Origin: Macrostomum lignano
Taxonomy: Eukaryota
Assembly (NCBI GenBank): GCA_002269645.1
Contig: NIVC01000487.1
Coordinates: 376,893-440,892 of the forward strand
Reading direction: 5' to 3'
Length of the DNA stretch: 64,000 bases
Both the position numbers and the translations under genes were made by a program. Below are positions 62,986 through 64,000 of the stretch, in pieces. The stretch's first letter is position 1, and each line of letters opens with the position of its first letter. The notes beneath the pieces were generated by a model, which searched no databases, was not told where the DNA came from, and saw only the letters and a list, made by a program, of their open reading frames with translations.

Positions 62986-64000
62986 ATGGCCAGCCGCATT
63001 CTCAGCTTGTTTAACTGCGCCGGAGACAGCAGCACAGGAGACGGCAAGCGGCCCCTCCATCGGAACAAGAAGAAGAAAAGAAGTGACAGAGCCGGAGGTA
63101 AAAGACCGGTGGGCAACCCGGACTCGCCGGATGAGTCCTACAGATTTGCCGCGGTTGCAGTACCGCAGCTTGGCGACGCAGCGGACGGAGATGGCGGCGA
63201 CGGCGACGGTCTCGGCTGGCGCACCTTCAACTACCTGTGCGACAAGGAGCAGAGCAGCGGCGGCTACAGCCTGGCCCAGGTGCACTTCGCCAGCCGCAGG
63301 CCGCTGCGGGCCCGTCGCCAGTTCGGCGCCGAGACCGAATTCTGGTGCTCCTTCGCTGGCAAGCAGCGGCAGCTCGAGGCCCGTCTGGTGTGTCTGCAGC
63401 CGGACTGCGGACTCCGGAGCGGCCAGCAGCAGCCGACCAGGTGTCCGACGTCAGTCATCGCCATCTCCGCGATCGGGCGGCACCAAGCCCGCTGCCGCAA
63501 CCTGGAATCCACGCATGGCCAGCTGCTCCTCCAGCTGGGCCACCAGCTGTTCCACGCGCCGCTGCTAGCCAGGCCGCGCGAGGCCACCCGCCTGATGACC
63601 GACTGCGCCGCCTTCTGCATCGCCCAGCAGAGGCTGCTGTTTGCCGTCTCCTCCGACTTCAGCTTGCTGAAGTGCGCGCCGCTCCAGCGTCTGGCCATTG
63701 ACGGAGCTTCAGCAGCTCGACAGCGGCTGATTTGGCGCCGCAGCTGGCGGCTGAAATCCCTCCTGCTGGCTGCCGGCTCAGCGGCAGAAGCGGCGGCTGA
63801 CGACGACTTTGACGATTTAAACGACGATGATGAACTAGACTCAGGAGGTTCGGACGACAACGACGGCGACGGCGACGAAGATGACGACGAAGAGGAAAAC
63901 GGCGTCGCCGAGGGTCCGGCGGGTTGCCACACGCTGGTGCACTGGCAGGCCGGCCACAGATTTTTCCTGGCCTCCAGACGCCGCGTCTGGGCGGTGGACG
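62986..64000 (+). CDS. Uncharacterised protein, 5' part (open to the window end, at least 338 aa)
   Basis: ATG at 62986 reads MASRILSLFNCAGD...RNKKKRS...WRTFNYLC...acidic DDDFDD...EEEN...FFLASRRRVWAVD. No stop through 64000; GC3-rich codons. Absent from the ORF track because it lacks a stop. Confidence 0.8.
   Translation, partial: MASRILSLFNCAGDSSTGDGKRPLHRNKKKKRSDRAGGKRPVGNPDSPDESYRFAAVAVPQLGDAADGDGGDGDGLGWRTFNYLCDKEQSSGGYSLAQVHFASRRPLRARRQFGAETEFWCSFAGKQRQLEARLVCLQPDCGLRSGQQQPTRCPTSVIAISAIGRHQARCRNLESTHGQLLLQLGHQLFHAPLLARPREATRLMTDCAAFCIAQQRLLFAVSSDFSLLKCAPLQRLAIDGASAARQRLIWRRSWRLKSLLLAAGSAAEAAADDDFDDLNDDDELDSGGSDDNDGDGDEDDDEEENGVAEGPAGCHTLVHWQAGHRFFLASRRRVWAVD

Overview
This is eukaryotic (metazoan) genomic DNA: GC-rich, often intronless coding exons in AT-rich sequence, with about 35 unrelated mini- and microsatellite arrays. 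That organisation resembles the flatworm Macrostomum, which is an inference only. Most entries in the ORF track are repeat artefacts. Supported genes are a HAND-like bHLH factor (minus, spliced), an intronless POT/PTR2 (SLC15-family) transporter, an intronless GDA1/CD39 NTPDase, a multi-exon orphan gene, a 4-exon L-asparaginase/ankyrin gene (ASPG, minus), an intronless class A GPCR (minus), and an unannotated ORF running off the right end. The most notable object is a 5'-truncated Gypsy-type LTR retrotransposon (about 22250-25766) inserted in a minisatellite. Between its integrase and its PPT/3' LTR it carries a frameshifted extra ORF encoding a DnaJ (J-domain, HPD) protein. That ORF has no ATG but starts at a strong splice acceptor, behind a 14-copy TGACGCAA array.
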